63,559 bases of DNA from a virus. Taxonomy: Duplodnaviria; Caudoviricetes. Shown in pieces: positions 45,772 through 56,221 of the stretch (the first letter of the stretch is position 1; every line of letters starts with the position of its first letter). Both the position numbers and the translations under genes were made by a program. The stretch is taken from IMG/VR virus record IMGVR_UViG_3300036979_000143, positions 1 to 63,559 of that record; one strand, written 5' to 3'. Below the pieces are notes generated by a model. The model saw nothing but the letters and a program-made list of their open reading frames with translations, had not been told where the DNA came from and made no database searches.

Positions 45772-47619
45772 TTAGTTGCCGCCAAATTGTAATCCATCTA
45801 CCTTTGGAGGCAAGAAAGAAGAAGTTACCTTGTTTGCTGGTTCAATTGGTTCAGGAGTCTGCGGTTTCGCCATCGCTGGAGCCTTAATTGCGGCAGGAGC
45901 AGCAGGAGTTTTTTGAATCGCTTTTTCTGCAAATCCGCCAGCATACCCAGTAGGATTTCCTCTTTTTGCCCTCATTTGAGCCAACCTTTCAGCATCCATT
46001 GTTTTCTGCCTGCTTTCGTGGGCAGCAAATTGCCTCCTAGCCAAAGAGTTATTCCCTGAAGCAGCTTTCAATGCAGCTTCGATAGCCGCATCATATTCAA
46101 ATTGCTGTGAAGCGCGAAGTCTTGCTTCTGCGGCAGCTTTTGCATCTGCTATTCTTTTGGCTTCTATTTCAGCATTGGTTTTCGTTTGCTTATCTAGTTG
46201 CCATTGGTTTTGTTTTCTTTGTTTTTCTAGTTCCTCTTCGGCATTTTTATTTTGAACTTCCAAAGCTAGATCACCTTGTCTTTCTGCTTCTTTTAGTACC
46301 TTTGTGTATGCGTATTTTTGCCGTTCTAAATCCTGTGTTACTTTTTTGTCTATGTTCTCTTGAGTAATTGGAACCAATGGGGTGATCTCTTTAATATCAT
46401 TCTGATATACACGCAAATCAGGCCCAATTTGATTATCAATAGTATACTCTGGTCTTGTTGTTTGAGATGCCATCCCAGAATAGATGTTTCTCACCAGCGA
46501 CCCAGTAATTAACTCCTGAACTTGTTTTGCTTGATCTGCAAGATTTTGATTTATTATTGATGAATTAGTAATAAAAGATGGGGATGTATTATAATTTACA
46601 ATCGGAGTAATATTCGTCGCGTTGTCTGAAGTCCTAGTTCCTCCTGTTTGTGTTGCGACAGAAATCTTTGGGCCTTGTTGGGTGCTTTCAACGAAATATG
46701 ATCCAACATCATTAGTGATAACTGTTTTTGTTCCGCCTACATCTTGCCCCGGAGCAAGAGCTTTGATTATTGTAGGCTTGCTATATGCAGCATCAGGGTC
46801 TGTGATTCCATATTTTTCTTTAACGTATGAATTGGCTGCTATTGCATGCTGTGTTTCTGCTTTTCTGGTAGCTTCCGCATCTGCTGGCGCATAATATGCT
46901 GATGATTGAGATTTTATCTCATCAGCTAACTTTTGTTGATAATTTCTGTCTGAATCTTTTACGCTGACTAATGCGGATTGCCTTCTTTCTGGTGTTGACA
47001 GTGCGTAAGATACTGCATTTTGAACTTGTGTTTGTTGTGTTGGTTTTAGCGAAAAATACGCTTGCGCCGACTCATACTGCAACTTGGGCAATCCAGATTG
47101 ACTTCGATATGTTTTTCCAGTTTCTACGTCACGATAATATTTTTCAGCAGCTTTTTGCTGATCTGGTGTCATCATTGCAAAATTCAATGCCTCCTGCGGC
47201 ACTGGTACTGCTTTTGTTAAATTTCCCTGTGAATCTCTCTCCATACGCAGAGTCGGCATCACCTCATCTGGGATCGAAATTGAAGAATAGGTAAAGGGAT
47301 TGCTGGTATTGCGAGTGTCTCTTATTTTTAAGAATAGGTCATTGCGTAATCTTTCTTGCTCCCAATCCTGAAATGCGTTTGACCCTAGAATTTTTCCTGA
47401 ATTTTGGTTTTGTTGTTGTCGTTGGGCTTTGCGTGCAGCAGCTTCAGCATCAAGTTTTTGTTGTTCCTGTTGTTGCCTCTGTTCAATTTCTTCAGGAGAT
47501 GCATTAGCATAGAAAGCCTGTTCTTCTTCAAACTGCTTTTCTAGCAATGCGTTTTCTTCATTCAAAAGTCGTTCAAGTTCCGCCTCTTGTTCAGCAGATA
47601 TTTTAGATGAGTTAATCAT
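45772..47619 (-). CDS. Q/A-rich internal virion protein
   Basis: Coiled-coil character; C-terminal PKVDGLQFGGN. Confidence 0.55.
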   Translation of the reverse strand: MINSSKISAEQEAELERLLNEENALLEKQFEEEQAFYANASPEEIEQRQQQEQQKLDAEAAARKAQRQQQNQNSGKILGSNAFQDWEQERLRNDLFLKIRDTRNTSNPFTYSSISIPDEVMPTLRMERDSQGNLTKAVPVPQEALNFAMMTPDQQKAAEKYYRDVETGKTYRSQSGLPKLQYESAQAYFSLKPTQQTQVQNAVSYALSTPERRQSALVSVKDSDRNYQQKLADEIKSQSSAYYAPADAEATRKAETQHAIAANSYVKEKYGITDPDAAYSKPTIIKALAPGQDVGGTKTVITNDVGSYFVESTQQGPKISVATQTGGTRTSDNATNITPIVNYNTSPSFITNSSIINQNLADQAKQVQELITGSLVRNIYSGMASQTTRPEYTIDNQIGPDLRVYQNDIKEITPLVPITQENIDKKVTQDLERQKYAYTKVLKEAERQGDLALEVQNKNAEEELEKQRKQNQWQLDKQTKTNAEIEAKRIADAKAAAEARLRASQQFEYDAAIEAALKAASGNNSLARRQFAAHESRQKTMDAERLAQMRAKRGNPTGYAGGFAEKAIQKTPAAPAAIKAPAMAKPQTPEPIEPANKVTSSFLPPKVDGLQFGGN

Positions 47620-47639
47620 ATGATGAATTCGACAATCTT

Positions 47640-48380
47640 TTAAAGACCACCAAACTTCAAATCATCAACTTTCGGTGAAGTGAATTGTTGTTGCGTGTTT
47701 CCCAACTGGTTCAACAGGGCTTGTTGCGCTGACGCAGATTTCATGGCAGGGTTTTGCTGTTGCATCGCCTGATTGTAAGCAGATGGAGACATACCTGAAG
47801 ATGCCGCACGAAGATTTTGATTTTTCTGCTGCTCTGCTTGTCCGATGTCAAACGTAGGCCCAGTGTAACTCTTCCCTGCCGCTGCTGACTCTTTAGCATA
47901 TTGGTTTGCAGAAGCGGCATCCATCGCTTTTTGCATTGCATCGGAAGAATACATTTGCTGTTGAGCAGCTTGCTCGCTTTGCGTTGCGGCTTGCCCGGCT
48001 TGTTTTACCGCAGATTGATACGCTGCTTGATCTTGAGCAAGTTTTGTTGCCGCAGCACGATCAGCCGCAGCTTGAATTTCGCGTTCTTGCTGTTTTGTTG
48101 AATAATCTTGCGACAGTTTTAATTGCTTGGTTGTAAATTCGTCTTGGAATTTCCTTTGCAATTCAGCTTGGGCTGCTTGAAAAGCCTGTTGCTGTTCAGC
48201 GGCACGCTGATTGTATGCAAGTTGAGCAGCAGCTTGTTCTTTGCCGTATGCAAGTGCCCTGTCTTGATATGATGATTGCGCCTGCATCATCGCTGCGTTT
48301 TGAGCGTTAATTGCGGCGATCAGTTGAGAAGAGTTATCCCTAGGTGCAGGGGAACTCATGATAGTCGGGCTTCCTCCCAT
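47640..48380 (-). CDS. Q/A-rich internal virion protein
   Basis: MGGSPT N-terminus; C-terminal PKVDDLKFGGL. Confidence 0.6.
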   Translation of the reverse strand: MGGSPTIMSSPAPRDNSSQLIAAINAQNAAMMQAQSSYQDRALAYGKEQAAAQLAYNQRAAEQQQAFQAAQAELQRKFQDEFTTKQLKLSQDYSTKQQEREIQAAADRAAATKLAQDQAAYQSAVKQAGQAATQSEQAAQQQMYSSDAMQKAMDAASANQYAKESAAAGKSYTGPTFDIGQAEQQKNQNLRAASSGMSPSAYNQAMQQQNPAMKSASAQQALLNQLGNTQQQFTSPKVDDLKFGGL

Positions 48381-48422
48381 AATAATAGTGTGTTAGTTGT
48401 TTGTGTTGTTGTTGTTTAATTT

Positions 48423-49784
48423 TTAACCGCCAAATAAGCCTCGTAATGCTCCGGGTTTAGATGCACCGCCAGCTAATCCTCCGCCAGCGGCTGCTCCTGC
48501 TGCGGTTCCAACTCCGGGCATAAGCATACTTCCAAGTGCAGCACCTCCAATTGTTCCTGCCGCGCCGAGCAACGCTCCTGTGGTCGCATTTTGGTTGGCA
48601 GCGTTTTGTGCGGAGATTTGCGAGAGCGCATTTTGGTAGTCTCTCCATTCTTGCCTGTTTGCCTGATTCAGTGAAAGTGCGCCACTCATAGAGCGGTTCA
48701 GGAAATCAGACATTGATTGAAAGTTTCCTGTTTGCTGGCCTGAAAGCGAATTGATATTACCCATTTGCGTTTGACCAAGTGCGTTCAGAGAACCAAGAAC
48801 ATCTTCCCTCATCCTATTGGCTCCTGCAAATTGCAGATTTCCGAAATTAGACATATTTTGGGCCTGTTGAGCAGAAAGGCCAGCAAGGTTCTGATTTTGC
48901 ATTTGCGAGAGTTCCCCAACATTAGCCAACCCAACTCTGCCTACATTTTCACCAAGACCTCTTGCGGCTTGCAGGATTCCCTGTTGCCATTGATTCATTC
49001 TGTTTAGGTTCTGCTGTTCAACTTGCTGTTGCTGTGCAATTAGGGCTTGAGGATCTAGCGTTGTGATCTGCGGAGTGAGTTTCAGGTACTGCTCCCGGAG
49101 AGACAGATTCTCTAGGTCTCTTTTGCGTTTTTGCTCCAAAGACTGATCCGCGAACGAGGCTTCAGACAAAGTGCCTGAACCAAGGCCAGATTGAAGATTG
49201 CGGACGATTCCAGACTTAATAAGTTGGTTCATCCATTCCTTGTCATAATCTGCGCTAGTGTATTTATCTACATCGGAAGCCAATTCCCTCCTCATTTTAG
49301 CGGCTTCCGGGTTCAGAATTTCTTCAGCCTCGCGTTGCCTTTGAACATTCCCGATGGAGAACTTTTTTGCTTCCTCTGCGGCTTTATTCGCGTCGAAACG
49401 CTCCATAGTTGGAGCAAATTGAGCCTCTCGGAGTAGTTGCTGATTTTGTAGGTCTAGCAGGCTAGATTGAACAGCGTCCCTAGTTTTAAGTTGACCTGAT
49501 TGGATTGCCCCCTGTGTATCTAAAAATCCCAACTGGCCTTTAGCTAGGCTTTGCAAATACCCCGTCTCAATGTCCGACTGAGTTTTTTGAAGCCCTGTTA
49601 GGGCATCACTATATGCTTTAAATAGGTCTGTTTCTATGGCTCCTCTGCCCTGTTGAAACGCAAGATCACTCTTTAGTTTTTGTTGGTAAAGATTACCTTG
49701 AGCTAAAATATTAGCTGCTTGGGCATCGTAGGCTGCTTGGTTCCCATCAGGGGCAGAAGGGACATATGTAGGTGAACTTCCCAT
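48423..49784 (-). CDS. Internal virion/DNA-pilot-like protein
   Basis: Q/N-rich helices, C-terminal Gly-zipper hydrophobic segment. Confidence 0.65.
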   Translation of the reverse strand: MGSSPTYVPSAPDGNQAAYDAQAANILAQGNLYQQKLKSDLAFQQGRGAIETDLFKAYSDALTGLQKTQSDIETGYLQSLAKGQLGFLDTQGAIQSGQLKTRDAVQSSLLDLQNQQLLREAQFAPTMERFDANKAAEEAKKFSIGNVQRQREAEEILNPEAAKMRRELASDVDKYTSADYDKEWMNQLIKSGIVRNLQSGLGSGTLSEASFADQSLEQKRKRDLENLSLREQYLKLTPQITTLDPQALIAQQQQVEQQNLNRMNQWQQGILQAARGLGENVGRVGLANVGELSQMQNQNLAGLSAQQAQNMSNFGNLQFAGANRMREDVLGSLNALGQTQMGNINSLSGQQTGNFQSMSDFLNRSMSGALSLNQANRQEWRDYQNALSQISAQNAANQNATTGALLGAAGTIGGAALGSMLMPGVGTAAGAAAGGGLAGGASKPGALRGLFGG

Positions 49785-49787
49785 AAA

Positions 49788-50165
49788 TTACGAAGGATAA
49801 TATAATTCTCTGTTTAGTTTTACAAGTCCAAGTTTTTCCATCGTTGATTCTGGAAAATTAGGACGAAGATTCGTTGTCGGAACACCAATATATCCAAGTG
49901 TTCCATTAATTTGTGAGTAATGACTCCAATCAGTCATTACCTGAATCACATCCCTTGGTTTGGTAAATTCCGGGTGAAATGCCGGGTAAACAACAGGGAA
50001 AGAACAATGGTCACTGTATCCGAACAACTGTTCATTCCTGTAATGAGCAAAAACATTGATCGAAGGGTGTTCTACGATTGTGTGGTCGAATGATTTAGCA
50101 AATTCTTGCATCTGCTTAAATTCTACTGTGTTTTTTGGGATGTATTTGTATTGGTATTTGTTCAT
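49788..50165 (-). CDS. Hypothetical protein (position of T7 gp13-like genes)
   Basis: Between nozzle and ejection genes. Confidence 0.55.
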   Translation of the reverse strand: MNKYQYKYIPKNTVEFKQMQEFAKSFDHTIVEHPSINVFAHYRNEQLFGYSDHCSFPVVYPAFHPEFTKPRDVIQVMTDWSHYSQINGTLGYIGVPTTNLRPNFPESTMEKLGLVKLNRELYYPS

Positions 50166-50169
50166 TTTA

Positions 50170-50415
50170 TTAGGTTAGGGTCGTAACAACCCCGGTTTGT
50201 TGATTAGTTCTGTATCCAATTGCTTGTTCAGAATTGATTTCTGCCCTAGTTGAGGATGTTCCACAAACTACACACGGCAGGCAAGTAGAGTTTGAAGGAA
50301 TATTGTAAATAGGGATGCTTGAATACAATGGGATCACGCCATCGTTCCCGTAGGGGCTGATGTATTTATTTGGGAATTCTGTGACAGGAGTTGCCGCTGT
50401 TAGAATAGAAGGCAT
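50170..50415 (-). CDS. Small Cys-containing protein
   Basis: TCLPCVVC; tail module. Confidence 0.55.
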   Translation of the reverse strand: MPSILTAATPVTEFPNKYISPYGNDGVIPLYSSIPIYNIPSNSTCLPCVVCGTSSTRAEINSEQAIGYRTNQQTGVVTTLT

Positions 50416-50417
50416 AT

Positions 50418-52556
50418 TTAGCAGGGGTTTGTTTTCCTGTAGAGGTTGGCGGCAGTTGTGGCTTCTTGCGTAGCTATCAGTGACGCTTGCGTAACCGCAT
50501 CACTCTCCGAAACGTAACTTATGTAGCTTGCCGTTGCCGTGGAAGAAACAGCAGGGACAGTTGAGCCTGCATTGCAACGAAGCGTGACTGTCCTTGTCTG
50601 CGTGCTTTTCCAAGAGTTTACGCCTTCAGGTGCTTTTTCTACAGGAGCAGTTTGTAGGTTGAATGTTTTAGAATCCCCATTCTCACCAACCGCGCAATAT
50701 ACTGTTTCGTTTTCACTCTTTCTGCCAATAGATTTATCGGGCCAAGGATCTAGATACATCCTTACTGAATCGACTCCCAAAGCACCGCACCACTCAACGA
50801 GAAAACTGAAGCACTTATCTACATCATTTGAGTCATCTGATTCGCATGAGGATATGTCATTTTTACCTCCGATGTTTTCAGTAATAAGCCTGCGAGCCTG
50901 CGTCTGAAGGATGCCTAAATCTTCTATTTCGCCCTGCGCTAAAGTATTTTCATACTGGTACTTTTCTGTAACCGCCAAAATCCTTTTATCCAGTATGCTT
51001 TGGTATTTTCCCTTTGTCCCCCGGAAAGATACTTTTACATCCACTGTGCCAGCAATTTGACTGCAATCGACTTCCCCGTAAACGAGTTGCTTCAAATCCA
51101 TCGTGTCACCTAAAAGGCCAGTCTCAAATTGGCAGTAAATCCTATTTACTCGCTCTGTTGTGCTGCCGTCTTGGTTAATCTCAAAATACTTGTCCTCCCT
51201 TTCTGGAGTGAATGCTTCCCAAAGGTGATTGTAAGATCCATCTGAAGATGGCGAGTAATCGACTGAAAACGCAAATAGCTTTGGTTGATTCTCAATCATT
51301 CCAGTAGCCCACTCTACTGGACGGATGCCAGTCCAAACACCAGACCAAGCTGGTATTTTGTTTTGGTTCCACTCGGATGCTACTGCGTAATCCAAAACCA
51401 TCGTTACGCTGTTCAGTTTTTCAAGATATGGGATTGAATACAGGATGTAGTTCTCAAAAGAAGTAGCGCATATGCCAGTGTAATCAGACGGCATTAGCCT
51501 TTTAGCTTTCGCCATCTCAATGTCCTTGAAAAGGATCTGGCTAGACAAGTATGAGGCAGATGCAACGTCAACGCTTACTAATCCTCCTTGCGAGTACCAC
51601 CACATCTGCCCAGCTTGAAACGCGATGCTTTTCCCGGCAACGCAGCCAATATGAGGGAAAATATTGCTCTGGAAATTTGCAGTATTTGCCCATGCGTTTC
51701 GGTCTAGAATGCCGCTGGCAATAGAATACGTCGATTGATCGGTAAAAACATAAAGGCTAGTCTCGTTGTTTTGACCCACATAATCCTGAAGCGCAGTGAT
51801 TTTTCTAGGAACGCTGAAATCACCCCTTCCGCTTCCTGTTTTTCTTTCCTCCCAGCCAATAGGGTTAGCCAAATCAGATGCAGAAATAATGTTCCCGTTT
51901 GCTACCCAAAGCCTGTTTCCAGAATATGCCATCCAGTAACCGATTGGCATGTTTTCTGCCAAGTTCCCGGTGTCGTTTGACCCGTCCCAATAGCAAGGCG
52001 TGTTAGACCCGTCTTGGATGATAATTAGCCTGTGTGAAGGGGTTACAGCAACTCCTCCGCCAGTGCTGATTGTAGCAGACCTAGTAGCTATAACAAAATT
52101 GATTTTATCTGCGTCCGGGTTCATTTCGATCCCGGTCAACCGATGATCTTCCCATGACGTAGGTTGAACTAATGGGAATGGGAGGAAATATACTTTCCCG
52201 TCCACAGCAAAAACAACATAGGGAAGCTCTGCGGCTTCTACTGCGTTTCCATTGTAATCGTAAATTGTGTTTCGGTAAGTCTCTCCTGAACCACCATACC
52301 CAGTAATTACCAAAGATGATTGCGCTTGCTTATTTGCGTTAAAAACAACTCCACCTTGGAAATTGCCAGAAGGCAAAGACAACTTCATTGTGTACCCCGG
52401 CCTTGTTTGAACCATTCCGCCACGACAAGTTACGTTGACACCCCATTTATATTGATTTTCAGGCAAAGCCCAAGGGTTGCGAACGCTGTTTGCCCCCATG
52501 AACCACGCAGCGGATGTTTTTTCCTGCCTGCCTGAAGTGATGTTTGGGCTTTTCAT
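50418..52556 (-). CDS. Tail nozzle / DNA-stabilisation protein (T7 gp12/P22 gp10-like)
   Basis: NVTCRGGMVQTRPG N-terminus, AYSGNRLWVA, beta-propeller-like pattern; follows the adaptor. Confidence 0.7.
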   Translation of the reverse strand: MKSPNITSGRQEKTSAAWFMGANSVRNPWALPENQYKWGVNVTCRGGMVQTRPGYTMKLSLPSGNFQGGVVFNANKQAQSSLVITGYGGSGETYRNTIYDYNGNAVEAAELPYVVFAVDGKVYFLPFPLVQPTSWEDHRLTGIEMNPDADKINFVIATRSATISTGGGVAVTPSHRLIIIQDGSNTPCYWDGSNDTGNLAENMPIGYWMAYSGNRLWVANGNIISASDLANPIGWEERKTGSGRGDFSVPRKITALQDYVGQNNETSLYVFTDQSTYSIASGILDRNAWANTANFQSNIFPHIGCVAGKSIAFQAGQMWWYSQGGLVSVDVASASYLSSQILFKDIEMAKAKRLMPSDYTGICATSFENYILYSIPYLEKLNSVTMVLDYAVASEWNQNKIPAWSGVWTGIRPVEWATGMIENQPKLFAFSVDYSPSSDGSYNHLWEAFTPEREDKYFEINQDGSTTERVNRIYCQFETGLLGDTMDLKQLVYGEVDCSQIAGTVDVKVSFRGTKGKYQSILDKRILAVTEKYQYENTLAQGEIEDLGILQTQARRLITENIGGKNDISSCESDDSNDVDKCFSFLVEWCGALGVDSVRMYLDPWPDKSIGRKSENETVYCAVGENGDSKTFNLQTAPVEKAPEGVNSWKSTQTRTVTLRCNAGSTVPAVSSTATASYISYVSESDAVTQASLIATQEATTAANLYRKTNPC

Positions 52557-52557
52557 T

Positions 52558-55500
52558 TTAGAACATCACTTCGTCAGTGTGATCACCATAAGTGATATTA
52601 TTGATTTGCGGAGGTTGCATGGCGTGCCCTTCCATGCTGTCGTTCTGATTACGCAGATACCCGTATGCAACAGCCCAATACTTTTGAGACTGGTCAAAAA
52701 AATCTTTGTCTTCCAGATCCACGGCATGTAGAGCAGCTAGGATTGCGCGTTGGTTTTCAACAGGGATATAATCATATTCGCTGGATATTTGAGGTGCTTT
52801 AACCCGGTAAATAACCCTAGCCCAAGAACACTGCTTTCCGATCCTGATCCTGCGGTATTTGGGATTGGTTTCTTTCGGGTGATACTGCCCTATTAGAGCC
52901 ATATCGTTGCTTCTTCCGTTATCGAATGCATACAAACTGACATATCCCAATGTTTCTGGTTTTTCGATGTGGTAAATGCTTTTAATTAAAATGGGTGGCA
53001 AAATTACATCAGTAAAGAACGTACTGCTTACTGAATTGCCAATATCATAAAATTCAATTCTTCCAGTTGTTGAAGAAATATTATTAGCGTTGCTGGCTGT
53101 GTCGTATATTTCAATTAGGTTGTTGCTAACAGACCTAGCGTAATAATAGACAGGAGTTTGCAATGTGCTTTGTTGAAGACCATATGGAAGAGAATCATTT
53201 TGATTGGGCCTGACTGTTAGTTGATCTCCTGTATTAAATAGGCTATTTTCAACTTGTATGGCAGTAGATGGTAAAATTGTGAAATCTCTTTGAATTAAAA
53301 GATTCAATTCTCCGATTTGTAGAGCAGGAATCCCGTTGTTTTCAAAAACAACTGGAGTATCATTTGTGTTTTTGATTGATAGGTATTCTCTTTGCGGACT
53401 AACAAAATAATCCGTATTAGCAGTCAACGGAAAAGGAAGTGTTCCTGTAGTAGAAAACCTAACTTTTGTGTTTGCGTTGATATATTGATTATATTCGACA
53501 AACAAAAGATTGTTGTACGCTTTTGCATAGGCAGGAGTCCTAACAGCGTAATATGTTTGCCCTGTTCCAAGTTGGCTGATAGCAATAAGACCCTGCGTGC
53601 TTGTTGTGGCACTAGCGTTTGCTGCACTATTATACAACTGTGATGACGTATTGTTCAGTTTTCTAATATAATACAGGACATTGCTGCTTACTCCTGTTGG
53701 AAGCAAGTAATCAGAATCCATATAAACACTCTGCCCGGTAGCCATTCCTGAAAAATCTCCGTTCCAGATGTAGTTAAATCCAACAGTAAAAGACCTAGAA
53801 AGTGCTAGGTAAAAATTGCCTGTTGGCGCACTCGTTATGTTGATAGAGTTGCCTTGTGTAGTTTTTACTGTGAAATTACCAGTCGTTGTGTTGAGAGGAG
53901 GCTCCGCAGTATAAGCTACACCAGCTTCCAACGGAGCAGGAAGTGTTCCCGTAGATACAAACTCCACGAACACACCAGAAGACGCAGTTATTGTAACAGT
54001 AGGCACAGAGGTGTAACCAGTTCCTTCCGTAATAATGTTGACTCCTGTAACAGTGTTGCTATTTGGGTCAACAACAGCGGTTGCAGTAGCTCCAGTTCCG
54101 CCACCCCCTGTAATTTTAACAATCGGAGTGTCTGTGTAACCAGATCCACCATTTGTTACTATGAACGTTGATACAAGCGATGTCTGTATGGTCGCAGACG
54201 CAGAAGCATTGCCTGTTGAAAAAGTAATAGTTGGGGGAGATGAGTATCCAGAACCAGCGTTTGTAAGAACGATGCTGCCAACCTTGTTTGTTGTGCTTCC
54301 CGGTGCATCTGGAACCATAATTGCATACCCTGTTGCTGGGCTTGCAACTTGACCAGACCCCTCTGGAGGACTCGGAGGCGAACTAAAAGTGACGCTTGGA
54401 ACAGTGCTTTCGTATCCGCTTCCAGCATTTGTTAGGTTTACTTGAATAACCGATCCTACTGTTACAGCAGTAGCTGCCGCTCCTGAACCAGAAGGAGCAG
54501 AAACAGGGAATCCGGGAGCAGTAATTTGCGACTGTGTTCCGATTGTAGATGTTGCAGGAATTAATTTAACTAGCGCATTAACTCCAGTTCCAGCATCAGT
54601 TAAAACAACCGGGTTTACCAATGAATTTGCTGTAGAAGAGTTTGCATCCGCCAGATTTGTGTGCAAAGAAATGGTAAAAGTATCTATAACATTTACAAAA
54701 TACTTTTGACCGGGGATCAAGGGAGCAGGAAGCGTTCCTCCAGACGTAAATGCTTGCACTTCGTCTCCGTTAGAATAGTAGTGCTTTACATTAAATTTTA
54801 ATGTTGTTTGAGGATTAATAGGTTTTTTGATGTCTACATTAAACTTCCCACTATTTCCAGACATCAAAACTGGATTTGCTTTGTTTTGTGCATCTGCAAA
54901 AGAACTATATATTAGAAGATTGTCTGTGTCTTGAGGGTTAGCGTAGTAAGTAGCTCCTGCAATGAGAGGAGTTGGAAGTCGTGTAGCAAACCCTGATCCT
55001 GTTCCAGTAGTGAATGACACGGAGTTTGGTGCGTCAATCGCAACAGTCGGGCTAGAAACAAAATTAACAGAGGTTAGCAAACTTGATTTCCTGCTGTCTG
55101 TTAGTCGTACTGTTCCAGAATCTATAATGCTCTGTAGATTTATTTTGTTATTTTTATATTGAGCGTCCAGAGAGCTATTATACAGAGAAATTTTATTATC
55201 ATCATCTACGCCAATGTAGTAAGTCTTTCCTGCGACAAGAACTTTCGGAGCATCCCCGGAAACAACAGAAAACACGGCAGATTGGCCTGAAGAAAGCTGA
55301 TGCGCGGAAGCAGAAATGAATTGCGAAATAGCAGAAACAGAAACTTTCCTTGTGTCTATCTGAATGCCGTCTGGAATAATAGTTCCATATGGGAAATCTC
55401 CTTGAGAGTGAACATCCACAAGTACCCCGTCGATAGTTTGACCATCAGGAAGTTGCGTCCGAAGTTCTCTATTGTTAGAATCTGTTCCAAGAAGCCTAAT

Positions 55501-55893
55501 TTGCTTCCCTGCGTCAGAATTGTGTTCTGCGATGGCAAGAATCTGACTTGGTTGCCGTATGTCCATGATTGTGCTGACGAAACCACGATCATCCCACGCC
55601 CAATCGACCGGGTTATACATCCCCCCTTTATTTACATGGTACTGGAAAAGCCTTCCCCTGAAATACGTTGGAGAACCGTCCACATTAACACCAAGAGGGA
55701 CTTCAACTCCCCTTGGAAGAGTTATGGTTTGTCCGTCCCATCCCGTGCAAACATCAACTTCCGCATTTGTATGCAGATAATGACCAGACTCCATAAGAAT
55801 CTGGACTGCCTGCGTTAGCTTCCGAAATACTTTCTCCCGGTCAGTTGTAGCAAGTATTTCGGAAGCCTCGTCGATGATTTGCGAGACGAACAT
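52558..55893 (-). CDS. Head-tail adaptor-like protein with a large repeat-domain insertion
   Basis: Adaptor-like helical N- and C-termini (TITLP; DYIPVENQRAILAAL) flank seven LPxxL..YY repeats and four G(S/T)GY repeats. Confidence 0.6.
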   Translation of the reverse strand: MFVSQIIDEASEILATTDREKVFRKLTQAVQILMESGHYLHTNAEVDVCTGWDGQTITLPRGVEVPLGVNVDGSPTYFRGRLFQYHVNKGGMYNPVDWAWDDRGFVSTIMDIRQPSQILAIAEHNSDAGKQIRLLGTDSNNRELRTQLPDGQTIDGVLVDVHSQGDFPYGTIIPDGIQIDTRKVSVSAISQFISASAHQLSSGQSAVFSVVSGDAPKVLVAGKTYYIGVDDDNKISLYNSSLDAQYKNNKINLQSIIDSGTVRLTDSRKSSLLTSVNFVSSPTVAIDAPNSVSFTTGTGSGFATRLPTPLIAGATYYANPQDTDNLLIYSSFADAQNKANPVLMSGNSGKFNVDIKKPINPQTTLKFNVKHYYSNGDEVQAFTSGGTLPAPLIPGQKYFVNVIDTFTISLHTNLADANSSTANSLVNPVVLTDAGTGVNALVKLIPATSTIGTQSQITAPGFPVSAPSGSGAAATAVTVGSVIQVNLTNAGSGYESTVPSVTFSSPPSPPEGSGQVASPATGYAIMVPDAPGSTTNKVGSIVLTNAGSGYSSPPTITFSTGNASASATIQTSLVSTFIVTNGGSGYTDTPIVKITGGGGTGATATAVVDPNSNTVTGVNIITEGTGYTSVPTVTITASSGVFVEFVSTGTLPAPLEAGVAYTAEPPLNTTTGNFTVKTTQGNSINITSAPTGNFYLALSRSFTVGFNYIWNGDFSGMATGQSVYMDSDYLLPTGVSSNVLYYIRKLNNTSSQLYNSAANASATTSTQGLIAISQLGTGQTYYAVRTPAYAKAYNNLLFVEYNQYINANTKVRFSTTGTLPFPLTANTDYFVSPQREYLSIKNTNDTPVVFENNGIPALQIGELNLLIQRDFTILPSTAIQVENSLFNTGDQLTVRPNQNDSLPYGLQQSTLQTPVYYYARSVSNNLIEIYDTASNANNISSTTGRIEFYDIGNSVSSTFFTDVILPPILIKSIYHIEKPETLGYVSLYAFDNGRSNDMALIGQYHPKETNPKYRRIRIGKQCSWARVIYRVKAPQISSEYDYIPVENQRAILAALHAVDLEDKDFFDQSQKYWAVAYGYLRNQNDSMEGHAMQPPQINNITYGDHTDEVMF

Positions 55894-55901
55894 GTTTTAT
55901 A

Positions 55902-56204
55902 TTATCTTCCAGCACTAGCCTCTTCTGCCATGCTTGCCAGAAATTCTTCGTCCTCTCCGGGAGCCATTGGAGCCGCAGGAGCAGCAACAGGTGGTTGGCC
56001 CTCCGCTGGAGCGGTTTGTTGCTCAACGGATTGAGCAAGTTGGTCAAGGCCCATAGCCAGTTGGGAAACGATTTCGCGCATAGCGTTGAAAGCATCCCGT
56101 GGCATGGAAATCATAACAGAGCCTCCGTCCTGTGGCATGGGGGGGGCAACAGGGGCTTCAGGCATTGGCATTTCAGCAGGGGGCATTTGGTCTTCTTCGG
56201 GCAT
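55902..56204 (-). CDS. Pro/Met-rich acidic protein
   Basis: Low-complexity ORF in late operon. Confidence 0.6.
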   Translation of the reverse strand: MPEEDQMPPAEMPMPEAPVAPPMPQDGGSVMISMPRDAFNAMREIVSQLAMGLDQLAQSVEQQTAPAEGQPPVAAPAAPMAPGEDEEFLASMAEEASAGR

Positions 56205-56221
56205 AGTATTAGTTTTTTTGG

